From contig OX638355.1 in assembly GCA_951813285.1 (NCBI GenBank), positions 2,373,136 to 2,437,135 on the forward strand: 64,000 nt of DNA, written 5' to 3'. Positions 8,959 to 19,367 of this stretch are shown one piece after another. The notes below the pieces were generated by a model, which saw nothing but the letters and a program-made list of their open reading frames with translations, did not search any database and was not told the DNA's origin. Source of the DNA: Terriglobia bacterium (GTDB lineage Bacteria; Acidobacteriota; Terriglobia; Versatilivoradales; Versatilivoraceae). Numbering within the stretch: the first letter of the stretch is position 1; the number at the start of each line of letters is the position of its first letter. Both the position numbers and the translations under genes were made by a program.

Positions 8959-10445
8959 GAGCCTTTTGCAAAATTCGGAATCGGGCATGACATTGGGCTG
9001 GCAACAGTGATGTTCCGGCGGTGACAACCCAGCTGCAAAGACCCTTTTGAAGGAAAAAGCCCGAATCTGATGGCCGGATGGCCAGCGGTCGCCGGACGCA
9101 GGCACAGCTTACCCGCTCCCGGCCTTGAGGCGGGCGAACCTGCTGTGCGGTTGGGGGTGGCAACCCGGTTTTCAGAGCGTCAGGCGCATCAACTGATCCA
9201 CCGTCAGGGCCAGAATGCCGAACATCAGGTGGCACCTCACCTTGTCGGGGCCGCGAACCCTCACCTGCCTCCCGCCAAACTCCTCCTTGAGCCGTCCGTT
9301 GACCCGCTCCACCGTCGAGCGTTCCCGGTAGCGCCGCGCCTCGGGAGTCACTTGGCCGATACAGCGCCGGGCCAGTGCCTCCCGCTTCCGCTCGGCTTTC
9401 AAGGCAGCTCTTCGGCGGGGGTTGACGTCAATAATCGGCACATGCCCCAGCTTCTCACTGAAGGCCCGGATCTCCGGCGCATCGTAGGCGCTGTCCATCA
9501 AGTCGTAGAGACTCTCGACCCGCCTTGCCGTCAGCGTCGCCAGCGGGATGGCTGCCTGAGAGTCATGCACCGAGGCCGAGGTCAGCAGACAACTGACCGG
9601 AATCCCGCCGTCAATGGCGTCGAGGTGCAGCTTGTAGCCGGTCCAGCTCTCCTGATGCCCCTTGGCGTTGCGCTTGACGCCGATGTCGCAGGCCTTGGGC
9701 AACTCCTTCAACATTTCCTCCAGCGTCATCGACCCCTGCCGCTCCAGCCGGCTCAACCGCTTGGGCCGTCGTTCGCCCTTCGGCGGCCGGCCCCGCCGGC
9801 GCTTCCGCTTGGCCTCCGGGGCAGCCTTGGCCGCTGGCTTTTCCCGTCCCGCAATCGCCGTCGAGTCCCTCGACACATGCCCCGCCAAGTGGCCCTTCAG
9901 CGTCTCCTCCAGCAATGCCTCGTGCAAACGCCCCGGCAGGTCGCTCTCAGCGAATTCCGCAAAGGCCCGCGAGAAGGTCGACTCGCTCGGCACCTCCCAC
10001 GCCCTCTCCCAGCCGCACAGCCGCCGCAGCCTCCCCTCACTCCTCAGCCGCTCCACCAAACCCCGCGTGGTCTCCACCTCCAGCATCGACTTCGCCAGAT
10101 AGGCCCGCGCCAGCACTGCCCGATCCTCCAGCGGCCGGCCACGCCAGCCCCGACTGTAAGGCAGCAACTCCTCCACCCGCACCAACTCCAATACCTGCAC
10201 CAGCCGCTGGTAACGCTCTCCCAGAGGCCCCAAAACCTCCTCCAGCAGGGGAAACAGCTCTCGTTGAAACCGGAACCAGTGTCGTGATAGGGTTTCCCTA
10301 AGGGGCAAGTTCCACCTCCGTTCATCATGTGGTTCAGACACCTTCATGATACAACAGACAGTGGTCTTGCCCCTCCTTCCACCTGCCCTCCTTGATCTTT
10401 CCCCCCGTGAAAATTCCCGCTATCTGCGAATTTTGCAAAAGGCTC
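8959..10445 (-). mobile_element. Insertion sequence (~1.49 kb) with terminal inverted repeats 'GAGCCTTTTGCAAAATTCG', carrying an IS4/IS5-type (DDE_Tnp_1) transposase.
   Basis: TIRs at 8959-8977 and 10427-10445 (reverse complement). The same TIR sequence recurs at 38051, 38332 and 51067. Confidence 0.75.
9172..10347 (-). CDS. DDE transposase (IS4/IS5 superfamily, DDE_Tnp_1-like).
   Basis: 391-aa ORF. C-terminal 'STVERVNGRLKEEFGGRQVRVRGPDKVRCHLMFGILALTVDQL' is typical of IS4/IS5 transposases. It lies between the TIRs. Confidence 0.8.
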   Translation of the reverse strand: MKVSEPHDERRWNLPLRETLSRHWFRFQRELFPLLEEVLGPLGERYQRLVQVLELVRVEELLPYSRGWRGRPLEDRAVLARAYLAKSMLEVETTRGLVERLRSEGRLRRLCGWERAWEVPSESTFSRAFAEFAESDLPGRLHEALLEETLKGHLAGHVSRDSTAIAGREKPAAKAAPEAKRKRRRGRPPKGERRPKRLSRLERQGSMTLEEMLKELPKACDIGVKRNAKGHQESWTGYKLHLDAIDGGIPVSCLLTSASVHDSQAAIPLATLTARRVESLYDLMDSAYDAPEIRAFSEKLGHVPIIDVNPRRRAALKAERKREALARRCIGQVTPEARRYRERSTVERVNGRLKEEFGGRQVRVRGPDKVRCHLMFGILALTVDQLMRLTL

Positions 10446-10977
10446 GCTAATTAGTCAATACGAGTTTTCATTAAGTATCGTACTGGAACAGCGCTAAGTC
10501 AACAGCCGCAAGACAGCTGTCGCTGGCGGCGCCACCGAGACCCTGTGCTCCTGCGGAACCTTGGCACCCGGGAAAACGACTGTACCAATGGCAAAACACG
10601 CACCCTGCAGAAGCAAGCCTTGCGCAAAGTTTTGGTTTACCGCCCTATCTTCGAACGGTACCAGGGGTGGGTAGCCCTGGGCGCCGCTTTCGGTATACTT
10701 CAGGGCTTGCTGAGCGCCAGCGCTAGTTTCGACTACGTCTCCGATTCAACAATGGCAAAAACCCACGCGGCCTTAACCCTTCCTGCTGGAGTCATTGGTT
10801 TTCTAGCGGCGCCGAAGATGGGCGAGATCTACCACGTGCCGCCAAGCACCGGTCGGGCGCAACGCTCCCCGGAGAAACGGAGGCAACGAGAGACCACACC
10901 GGTTCGGGGTCAGAGGACCACGTCGCCAGTAAGGAAACTGATCCGTCTTCAGCCATTCGGGAATACCGGTCACGGTC

Positions 10978-11007
10978 CCGTTCCCCGCAGACGCGGGGAT
11001 GAATCGG
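10978..11007 (+). repeat. Solitary type I-E-like CRISPR repeat 'CCCGTTCCCCGCAGACGCGGGGATGAATCG'. A degenerate repeat-like sequence follows ~32 nt downstream. It is embedded in a ~280-bp repeated element (10920-11200).
   Basis: It matches the I-E repeat architecture (GTTCCCCGC-N4-GCGGGGAT-GAAnCG). The 7-bp palindromic stem is CCCCGCa/GCGGGG. No second repeat lies at ±61 bp. Confidence 0.6.
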
Positions 11008-12106
11008 AGCACAAAACAGGCTCTCCCCATGACGCTGGAATGATCGACGCTTTCTGCCTCTGGGGGTCAAGCAGATGCCGTCAGATGGGTGTCACTCTTT
11101 CAGAAGGGGGGGTGACATGGAAGGGTGACATGATTTTGACAACCACAACGCTTATCTCTCAGAGGGCGGAGCCCACGCCACTGTGGTCGGGACTTTCCCG
11201 AAATGCCGCATCAGACGCGGGACGACACGGATTCCTCGCGACCGTTGCGGAAAAGCAAAGCGAGGCTGCGCCTCGCGTGTCCCCCTCGCCCAGCGCAACG
11301 GCGCGCCGCACGAGAGGGGTGCTGGTGGTGAGAGCGACCCCCCCTTTTTGGCCGCTGGTGCGGCACGGGGGAGGGAAAAGGGTGACAGGGAAAACGACAC
11401 CCTTTCCCCCCCTTGCGGGGAGGTCGCTCTCACCACAGTGATCCCTGCGGACTTTATCTGCCATTGATGTAACGCACTTTATACAAAGGACTTATGGATT
11501 TCAAGACGGTGTCCTGCCCCACATTATGCCCCTAGAAAAAAACGGATTCCCCTGGCTCTTCTTGGCCGTATAGGGAGTAACGGTTCGGTCAGGCAGTGAT
11601 GGCTTGGACCCGGACGAGGTTGGAGGTGCCTGCAATCGCAGGCGATCCGCCGGTTCTGCTCGCTACGCCTCCCCCGGACGGCGGATAGACTCCACGGGTT
11701 GGCCGAACAGTTACTTGCGGACACCTCAGTTGAGTATCAACCCTGAGTCTCGGAGTCTGGATCCGTCAAGAGGATCCGCCAAGTGGATCCTGAGCCCGCC
11801 ATGCGATATCCATAGCCAATGCAGTGCCAGCGGTTCGGTCCATACTATTTTTGATCACCGGCCCTTCCTACCACCTACGGACCCGCGGCGCGCTACGGTC
11901 GCCTTATCGGTTCCCTTCGCGCCCCTAGGTCCCCCGTTTCTTCCTCTGGACATAGCGTGATCCTCCCGTCCGATAGCTTCTGCTATAGTTTTTCAAATCA
12001 CTGTCCGAAGAAATCGTGGGGCAGGGAAATCTTTCAAATACAATCTGGATATTCCATCAGTTAATGGAATATCTGTGCTTAAATGGGACCTCTCAAAACA
12101 TCTGTC

Positions 12107-12158
12107 TATTCTGACTCTTAATCAGCAGGTTCGGAGTTCGATTCCCTGGCGGCTCACT
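12107..12158 (+). pseudogene. 3' fragment of a tRNA-Lys(CUU)-like gene (anticodon arm, T-arm, acceptor 3' strand). The 5' half is absent. Probable integration-site (att) remnant.
   Basis: Anticodon stem-loop ctga/cTCTTaa/tcag gives anticodon CTT. T-loop is TTCGATT. No complementary acceptor 5' strand or D-arm lies upstream. Confidence 0.5.
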
Positions 12159-12189
12159 ACCATCCTTTAATGCGAACGGAGAGTCGTAT

Positions 12190-15100
12190 ATGAAATCTAT
12201 GTTTGTCCAGGCTGTCGGGCTCTTCGAGGCCGCTCGGACCGAGGCTGACGTGCGTGACAAACTGAAGCTACTCGAGCAGGCAGAAGCCGTCTTCCAGAAA
12301 ATCATTGATCGAAATCCGTCCGCCGACCGTACGGTCACCGAGAGTGAGGCCGCCCGATCAGCTTATGTCTCTGTCATCTCGCAAGCGCTTGTTATTGCAC
12401 AGACGATCATTGACGAGGGAGTGTTCGAGAAGAACGAGAAAGGTGTTCAGGTGCTGGTGGGTATTGCCGAGGCACAAGCACGGTCGGGAGACGACATTGG
12501 TTCTCAAGAGAGTCTCTCCAATGCACTCGCCGTAGCGCGAACCATCAGCAATGGACCCCGATTGCTGGCGGACATTGCAGAAGCGCAAGCACGGTCTGGC
12601 GACCGTGTCAGTGCTCTGGAGAACTTCGCCCAAGCGGTTGTGTTGGCGCAGGCAAGAGGAGAGAAAAGGGAGGAATTTTCGAAGGAATCAGGCATCAACG
12701 GAAGTTATAGAGAGGACTACGTCAACCAACTGGCTTACATTGCCGAGGCGCAGGCACGGTTGGGGGATCGCACTTGTGCCCAAGAGAGTTTCTCGAAGGC
12801 ATTCGGGGTGTTGCAAACGATCACTTCGGAGTCGGAACGGATCAAGCTGCTGGCTCAAATCACCGCGGCACAAAACCGAGCGCTGCTGCACGTCGGTGAA
12901 GAGGACGGCAATGTCCAGGCGGTCGTGGCGGCGCGAACGATCACCAACGAATGGCGGAAGGCCGCAATACTGGGTCCAATGTGGTTGAATCCGTTTAGTC
13001 GAGGTTCACAAAATGACGACATCGAGGCTAACAAACAAATCCTTGCATTGATGGGCGTGGCCGCAAAGCAACGAGCGCAGACCAGGGACATAATGGAGGC
13101 GCTTGAGCGAATGAGTGCCGACAAATGGGAACGGGTCCGGGTGCTTGGGGCCATTGGCGAGGGACAAGCTCGGGCGGGGAACCACACTGCCGCCAAAGAG
13201 AGCTTTTCCCAAGCATATACAGTCGCACGAAGGCTCACGCATAGAGGGTGGTTATGGTTCCTGACGATCGGCGTCTTCCTGGCGAAGTTGATGATCATCA
13301 AGATACTCCGATACGAAGGGTGGGAGGCTCGAACGTTAGCGGAAATTTCTGAGGTTCAAGCCCAGTCACTGGTTCGCCTTGTCGGCGCAGAAGCCGAGTC
13401 CGGTGACATTCCACGTATGCCAGCTGTCGAGCAAACGATTAGACACGACAGAGGGTGGCGTGCCTGTGCGATAACTCGCAACCTGCAGAGTATGGTTGTT
13501 GGCTCCAAGGAGTTCTCCGACAGAGAGGGGAAAGCCGGGGCAATGGCCGATCTATCTTTAGCGCAGGTTCGGGCGGGGGATCTGTCGGGCGCACAAGAAA
13601 CCATTACCTATGCGCTGAAGCTGGCACGAAGGATTCGTAACGAAGGCAAGCGGGCCTGGGTTCTCGGCCGAATCGCCGAGGGACAGGCTCGGGCGGGGGA
13701 TCTGTCGGGAGCACGAGACACCACCCAGCAAGCGCTGGCCCTTGCGCAGCTGATAAGCATTCAGAAACTACGGGCGGGTATGTTCGTCGTTATCATCAAG
13801 GCGCGTATTGAGGCGGGGGATTTTGAGCAGGCGGTCGAGATTGCTTCAACAATCGATGATCAAGACATGCGGGATGGGGCGCTGGCGGAAGTCGCCAAGA
13901 CACAAGCCGAGACTGGGGATATCGCACAGGCACTTGAGGTCGCCCGTACGATTGACAGTGAAGATGTTCGGGATGGCGTGTTGGCTGAAATCGCCAAGGT
14001 ACAAGCCCAAGCCGGTGCCATTGCGCAGGCGTTTACACTTACGAAGACAATCACCGACAAGGAACAAAAGATCCGAGGTCTGTCGGCCGTTGCTGAGGAA
14101 TTGGCCAAGTTGGATAACACTACGGACCTAAGGGAACTCACCCAACCACTTGCCGCCAAGGAGCAGCAGGTTGGGAGGCTAGCCATTTTGGCAACTGGTC
14201 TCGCGGCTGCTTGGTCGACTTATGAGTGTGTCATCGACCAGGCGCTCACGCTAGTGCTTAAAGGGCTTGAGTCAAGTTTCCATGCAAAGGATTACGTCAC
14301 ATGCTTGGTCGATATCGCCAAGCTCCAGGCCCAAGCGGGCGACTTCACCGGAGCTCGGAAGAGTTTCTCCCAAGCATTCACTGCGGCGCAGGCTCTCCCC
14401 GAAGAGGACCACTATGAAGGATGGAGTCGCCGTGGACTGCTCTGCGACATCGCCAAAGAACAGGCCGGTGCCGGAAACGTAGAGCAGGCCCTGGCGCTGG
14501 TGCAGATGGTCACCCCTCAAGAGGAACGAGTCAGACCGATGATCGACATCGCCAAGGAGCAAGCCGAGGCAGGGGATCGCACAGGTGCTCAAGAGACTCT
14601 TTCGCAAGCGCAAGAGCTCGCCCAAACGATCACCCACCAACGGTACCGGGACTGGGTACTGGCCAATGTTGCCGAGACGCAAGCCGCGACAGGGGGCATT
14701 GCACAGTCGCAGACGGTCGGCCGAACGATCACCGACGAAAACAGTCGGAACCGCGTGCTGGCAAATGTCGCTGTAGCCCAAGCCAAGGCTCAAGTCCGGA
14801 AGGGTGACCGCGCCGGTGCCCGGGAGATCTTCTCGCAAGTGGTCGCGGAAGCGCAGAAGCTCCCAGAGATGGACGATTATGGGAAGAGTCGCTACGAGGT
14901 GCTCGGCGACATCGCCAAAGAACAGGCCCGCACCGGGGACGTAGAACAGGCCCTGGCAGTGGCGCAGACGATCACCATTGTAAACAGAAGGGACTGGGTA
15001 CTGGCCGACATTGCCGAGACGCAAGCCGCGACAGGGGGCATTGCGCAAGCGCAGACGGTCGGCCGAACGATCACCGACGAAAACAGTCGGAACCGCGTGC

Positions 15101-15735
15101 GGGTAAATGTCGCTGTAGCCCAAGCCAAGGCTCAAGCCCGGAAGGGTGACCGCGCCGGTGCCCAGGAGATCTTCTCGCAAGCGGTCGCGGAAGCGCAGAA
15201 GCTCCCAGAGTTGGATATTGGAGTAGGGGCTCGCAATGGTGCATTGGCCGACATTGCCAACGCGCAAGCCGAGACGGGGGGCGTTGAGCTGGCGGTCGAT
15301 GTCGCACAGACGATTACCGACAAGGAATTCGGCGAGTGCGTATTGGCTGACATTGCCAACGCGCAAGCTAGAACAGGGGGTATTGCACGAGCGCAGAAGG
15401 TTGCGCAGATGATCACCGACGAAGACAGTCGAAACTGGGTGCTGGCGAACATCGCTGTGGCCGAAGCTAAGGGATACGCACAGACAGGAGATCGCACCAG
15501 GGCTCGAAGGAGTGTCTCCCAAGCGGTCACACTGGCAGAGAGAGTCGCCGATAGGGTGGTCCAGGACTCACTACGGGCGAGAATCGCCCAGGCGCAAGCG
15601 GAAACAAGAGACTTTGCACATGCGTTCGCGCTCGCACAGATGATAGACAGCGATAGGACAAAATCCTTTGTGCTGGCGGCTATTGCCAAGGAACAACTAA
15701 TAAACTCAGGACTGCAAGTCAGGACTGCAAGTTAG
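12190..15735 (+). CDS. Giant (1181 aa) tandem-repeat protein (~36-40-aa alpha-helical repeats with the pattern '..R..VLA.IA.AQA..GD...A.E.FSQA...A..I..'), TPR/HEAT-like alpha-solenoid with no signal peptide.
   Basis: The repeat is visible throughout the translation. GGAG RBS lies 8 nt upstream. A near-identical internal duplication is present (14640-14840 versus 14995-15190). Confidence 0.7.
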   Translation: MKSMFVQAVGLFEAARTEADVRDKLKLLEQAEAVFQKIIDRNPSADRTVTESEAARSAYVSVISQALVIAQTIIDEGVFEKNEKGVQVLVGIAEAQARSGDDIGSQESLSNALAVARTISNGPRLLADIAEAQARSGDRVSALENFAQAVVLAQARGEKREEFSKESGINGSYREDYVNQLAYIAEAQARLGDRTCAQESFSKAFGVLQTITSESERIKLLAQITAAQNRALLHVGEEDGNVQAVVAARTITNEWRKAAILGPMWLNPFSRGSQNDDIEANKQILALMGVAAKQRAQTRDIMEALERMSADKWERVRVLGAIGEGQARAGNHTAAKESFSQAYTVARRLTHRGWLWFLTIGVFLAKLMIIKILRYEGWEARTLAEISEVQAQSLVRLVGAEAESGDIPRMPAVEQTIRHDRGWRACAITRNLQSMVVGSKEFSDREGKAGAMADLSLAQVRAGDLSGAQETITYALKLARRIRNEGKRAWVLGRIAEGQARAGDLSGARDTTQQALALAQLISIQKLRAGMFVVIIKARIEAGDFEQAVEIASTIDDQDMRDGALAEVAKTQAETGDIAQALEVARTIDSEDVRDGVLAEIAKVQAQAGAIAQAFTLTKTITDKEQKIRGLSAVAEELAKLDNTTDLRELTQPLAAKEQQVGRLAILATGLAAAWSTYECVIDQALTLVLKGLESSFHAKDYVTCLVDIAKLQAQAGDFTGARKSFSQAFTAAQALPEEDHYEGWSRRGLLCDIAKEQAGAGNVEQALALVQMVTPQEERVRPMIDIAKEQAEAGDRTGAQETLSQAQELAQTITHQRYRDWVLANVAETQAATGGIAQSQTVGRTITDENSRNRVLANVAVAQAKAQVRKGDRAGAREIFSQVVAEAQKLPEMDDYGKSRYEVLGDIAKEQARTGDVEQALAVAQTITIVNRRDWVLADIAETQAATGGIAQAQTVGRTITDENSRNRVRVNVAVAQAKAQARKGDRAGAQEIFSQAVAEAQKLPELDIGVGARNGALADIANAQAETGGVELAVDVAQTITDKEFGECVLADIANAQARTGGIARAQKVAQMITDEDSRNWVLANIAVAEAKGYAQTGDRTRARRSVSQAVTLAERVADRVVQDSLRARIAQAQAETRDFAHAFALAQMIDSDRTKSFVLAAIAKEQLINSGLQVRTAS

Positions 15736-16744
15736 GTAAGCAAGGCTGCGACAACGAGCGGCTGTCAATCATTTGGGTTCGTAGTGCTGGATATTAACCT
15801 CATTTCCCAAGGGCACGCATGTGTAAAGCATTGAATCAAGTCTAGCAGGGCGACCTCTCCAGGGGCCGGCCAGGGCAAGAGGCAGGTCATGCTGCTCGGG
15901 AAATTTAGGCGTTCGTTGAAAAGCAGAAACGACTCGCAAATCTGGATTGCAAACGCACGAGACCGCCAGCACATTCTGAAAATCTTAAAAGCTGTTCCGA
16001 AAAACTTCGAGCGAACAGATCCCCCTTATGCTGTTGTAGCGGCAGACGGTACAGTAGTAACCATTGGATATTGGACGCGAAAAATTCACCGTCGTTGAAA
16101 GGAGCCAGCGGTTATGTGTGGCAATGCCTATCCAACGGAGCGAGGCCGGAATTGACCCGTGCTCATTGACCGAGTTTTCGGGTGCGGACCAAGAGGTGGT
16201 CGGCGGGCTGCTGGACGACCTCGGTGCCGGTCGCGGATCAGGATTTGCCGCTTCTGTCCCGGACGGTGATGGTGAGGCCAGCGAGGTTCTAAGCCAAGGC
16301 ATTGGGATTGGTACCTGCATGGAAGCGTGCCCAGAAGCCATCGCGGAAGCGCGCAGACCTCAAGCCTTCGAGGGGAGCAGATGCTGGCAGTGGGGTGGCG
16401 GCGATGGCCTTGGATCTGCACTTCCTGGACCGTCCTGGTGGAGGCTTGAGTTCTGGGTAGCGGGCGACAAAGGGGAACCTCCCAGGAAGTGACCTTCCTC
16501 CGGCGAGCCATCGGTGATGCCGATCGGGACACCGTCGAACGCCATGGCGCGGCCTTGATCCAGTAACGGGGAAGACCCTCCAGTCGGAGGTGGAAAGGGT
16601 GGCCTCGGCCGTGGCAGGATTGATCGACGATTTCCGCCTCTGGAGGTCAGGGCGGTGTAGAAAGACCAACGCGCCGCCCGCAACCATGGCGACCAGTCCA
16701 CACCCCTTCGACCACCCTCCGAGGGTGTGATAGCATCCTTGACC

Positions 16745-17500
16745 ATGACAAACGACAGCGCCCTGTTTCCGGTCGTCTCCGAAAGATGGGGCTTCGGCAT
16801 GTCGCCTCCAAAGCCAGCAGTCCAAGAGAGTCGCCGCGCCGCGTCTGAGTGTACTCTACGGATCTTGGAACACAAGAGTACGGCACCCAACGTTGATCCT
16901 CTAGTGATGGAATCCCTGAGTGTAGTCAAGGGCTTGTTCAATAGGATCGTGCGAGAGGATCAGTGGGATTGGTTTACCGTTGCCGGCCAACTCGGATATC
17001 CGTCTCGACGGATATCGCGCGTTATCGCTCAGGAGCTTTCTCATCTCCGTACTGCCATCAAATTGGGACACAAGACGACATACGAGACAACGAAAACCAA
17101 CCTACGTCGTCTTCCAAGCCGGCGTTGTCTCTCTGTACTTCTCGGAACAGCTAAGATAGTGGATGAACCTGGTGCTGGTTGGATCTACATTCTGTCGACG
17201 CGCGAAATGCGGAACCTCTTGAAAGTTGGGATGACAACTCGTTCAGTAGAGGAACGGGTCAAGGAGATCAACGCTGCAACAGGCGTAGCGATACCGTTTG
17301 GCGTAAGGCGATGCTGGAGGGTGTCCGACCCTTCTCTTGCGGAAGGGCTGGTCCACGACGCCCTGAGGGAGCATCGGCTGCGACAGGACCGAGAGTTCTT
17401 TCAAGTGTCATTCAAATACGCAGGCAAAGTCGTAGACGCTGTGATTCGCGAGAGTTCGCAGGAAATACGGACACTCGACGCCTTGGCCGGATTGGCATAG
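16745..17500 (+). CDS. T5orf172-domain (GIY-YIG-like) protein with an N-terminal domain of unknown function.
   Basis: C-terminal 'GWIYILSTREMRNLLKVGMTTRSVEERVKEINAATGVAIPFGV...REFFQV' fits the T5orf172/MUG113 family. ATG at 16745; the track ORF starts at GTG 16727. Confidence 0.7.
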   Translation: MTNDSALFPVVSERWGFGMSPPKPAVQESRRAASECTLRILEHKSTAPNVDPLVMESLSVVKGLFNRIVREDQWDWFTVAGQLGYPSRRISRVIAQELSHLRTAIKLGHKTTYETTKTNLRRLPSRRCLSVLLGTAKIVDEPGAGWIYILSTREMRNLLKVGMTTRSVEERVKEINAATGVAIPFGVRRCWRVSDPSLAEGLVHDALREHRLRQDREFFQVSFKYAGKVVDAVIRESSQEIRTLDALAGLA

Positions 17501-17654
17501 AGAATTAAGAGTGCAGGTTGGAACGAATACTTACTTATGTCGTCGCTTGTCTCGACAGCGAACACTACGACCGTTGGGCGTTGCTTGGCGATGAGGTCTT
17601 GACGTGACTGTTCAAAATTAAAAGGCACGGACGGGGTCTGCCGGCTGTGCCGTC

Positions 17655-18275
17655 CTAGTAAACGATAAGGCCGCGCGCGCCGCGTGAGAAGTGCGTTGTC
17701 ATATCCCAGAATCTGCCAAAGGTGTCTAGCTCCGAATAGGTCACTCCGTCCATACCGGGAAAACTGTTTGTTGCGAATTGACCCATTTGGATAAGTGGCG
17801 CTTCAACGGGGTCAGAAAGAATAGTCACGCTTTGGGGAAGAACATAGGCATTGTGCTGGCGATTTCGCCGGATTGTGCCGTCCTTCTTTGTCGGCGCGGG
17901 CAGTGTAGGTAGGCCTGAGACGTCGAGGAGCCAGGTCTCTTTCAATAGATTCGTGGATCTCCTCAGTTCCTGCGTATTACCAACTAGGGGAAAGGCATAA
18001 AACACTGAGCGCATTGCACCTCCTGCTAGGCCGCGCAAGGCGAGCAGTTGGTCATGGTCTAGCTGGAACTTGCGCTCTCCGCTCCGGAGACGATGGTTCG
18101 ATGCTTTAAACTGAAAAAGGAGAAGCCTACCGCCGAGCTTCGCACAGGTATCGAATCCCATGCGTGCTTCCTGACGCTGTGTTAGCCCAAACCAGATCAA
18201 ACGCGCACGTGGAAACACGGCGGTGTGCACCTGCGCGCAGATATTGAGTTCAAGTGTCTTTTCCGAAAGCTTCAT
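17655..18275 (-). CDS. Hypothetical protein, possible PD-(D/E)xK nuclease fold (motif 'GFD...LFQFK'), convergent with the T5orf172 gene.
   Basis: 206-aa ORF in lower-GC DNA. The fold assignment rests on the motif only. Confidence 0.4.
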   Translation of the reverse strand: MKLSEKTLELNICAQVHTAVFPRARLIWFGLTQRQEARMGFDTCAKLGGRLLLFQFKASNHRLRSGERKFQLDHDQLLALRGLAGGAMRSVFYAFPLVGNTQELRRSTNLLKETWLLDVSGLPTLPAPTKKDGTIRRNRQHNAYVLPQSVTILSDPVEAPLIQMGQFATNSFPGMDGVTYSELDTFGRFWDMTTHFSRGARGLIVY

Positions 18276-18514
18276 TCCCTAGACCCGCGATTCTGCTCCA
18301 CCCAGCTTACCGCTGCGATCTGCTGTTTCATCGCTCTAGCTGTGTTGTTCGCGCTTTGTGTAGGCTGGATTGATCCTTCCTTGCCTGCCTCGCTTGTTTC
18401 GATTGTCGTTGCCAGAACGTCCTCCTTCTCCACCTGGTTCCGCTTGGGGATGTCGTCTGTCATATGGCGCACGCTAACGGCTTTTTTTTATCAGGACGGC
18501 GTCCCGCGCTTCAC

Positions 18515-18895
18515 CTAGCTGTTCAAGTGAATACGGAAATAGGTCATACTCCGAATCGGTATGCCATCCTTCTCGTACCTTCCGAACGACCACCTGTCGG
18601 AATGATTCATCGCCGCCTCCCAGACGAACAACCCGAAGCAGAGCCCGGCAGCGACCGTGTCGTACTGGCATGCGTTTGCGTAGACCGGCTCCCAGACCGT
18701 ACCCGTCCAGTCACTCCCCGGCATCCAGCCAGCCGTGTGAATTTCGTCACCCGCTATCATGCGTTGAAGCTCGATACGGATCGTCCGCAACTGGATAGGA
18801 GAAAGTCGCGAACACCATGCGTCAAACTCGGACTGATGGGGGATGTGTGTGATCTTGTGGTGTTCGCCGTGATTGTCGATCGAATAGAGTGCCAT
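18515..18895 (-). CDS. Hypothetical small protein (126 aa), same strand and operon-like spacing with 17655-18275.
   Basis: ORF only; no recognisable motif. Confidence 0.3.
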   Translation of the reverse strand: MALYSIDNHGEHHKITHIPHQSEFDAWCSRLSPIQLRTIRIELQRMIAGDEIHTAGWMPGSDWTGTVWEPVYANACQYDTVAAGLCFGLFVWEAAMNHSDRWSFGRYEKDGIPIRSMTYFRIHLNS

Positions 18896-19194
18896 CGTCT
18901 GAGGTTATAATAGGAATCAGCGGTGGTGCCCGTGCTCTACAGACACACCCATCTTAGATCAACAACCGTCTTGGAATCCACCGACACCCTTGTTGCGAGC
19001 CACCTTCGTCCGCACCTACGCCTGGATGGCCCTGACACTGCCTCAGACAAGCCGAGCGCGGAGCACTCGAATTGCCCGGGAATCGTCTTGGAACGACGGC
19101 TCCGCCAATACAATGACGGTGAGGTCTTATATGATGCCCTCATCAGGAACATGCTTCGCGGTCACCGTTCCATGCGGGGTGTGATCAATTCCGC

Positions 19195-19345
19195 GCCGTC
19201 GGCCTCAGGTAACACGCCCAATCGTCCATCAGGACATGCTGGCGCTTGAACAGGTCCGAGCAGGCATAGGCCGCGTCGACCTGGTTCCGGACTGCATGCG
19301 CCTGGACCGCCTCGATCACCTCCCGGAGATGGTCTGTCTTCAGCC
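19195..19345 (-). pseudogene. Orphan 3' fragment of a tyrosine-integrase gene, encoding '...IPEWLKTDHLREVIEAVQAHAVRNQVDAAYACSDLFKRQHVLMDDWACYL', directly abutting a solo CRISPR-repeat element.
   Basis: About 75% nucleotide identity to the 3' end of the integrase gene at 20517-20650. The translation matches the integrase C-terminus 'DHPREVIEAALAHVVRNRVEAAYARSDLFERRRVLMDDWARYL'. Confidence 0.65.
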
Positions 19346-19367
19346 ATTCGGGAATAGTGGTCACGGT

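Noticed and set aside
9070-10287. 405-aa plus-strand ORF
   Set aside because: Antisense to the IS transposase inside the same TIR-bounded element; no motifs.
10978-11100. Possible CRISPR array
   Set aside because: Only one bona fide repeat per locus plus one degenerate repeat-like sequence, and no periodic spacer-repeat structure. Reported as solitary repeat units instead.
12040-12160. Complete tRNA-Lys gene
   Set aside because: The anticodon and T arms are recognisable. There is no D-arm or acceptor 5' strand complementary to 'gcggctc', and the T-stem has a mismatch. Called a 3' fragment.
14272-15522. 416-aa minus-strand ORF
   Set aside because: Antisense to the tandem-repeat protein. Its own repetitiveness just mirrors that gene.
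15889-16098. 69-aa ORF in the low-GC island gap
   Set aside because: Plausible small protein but no supporting signal. Neighbouring ORFs 15765-15974 and 15985-16341 overlap and are equally unsupported.
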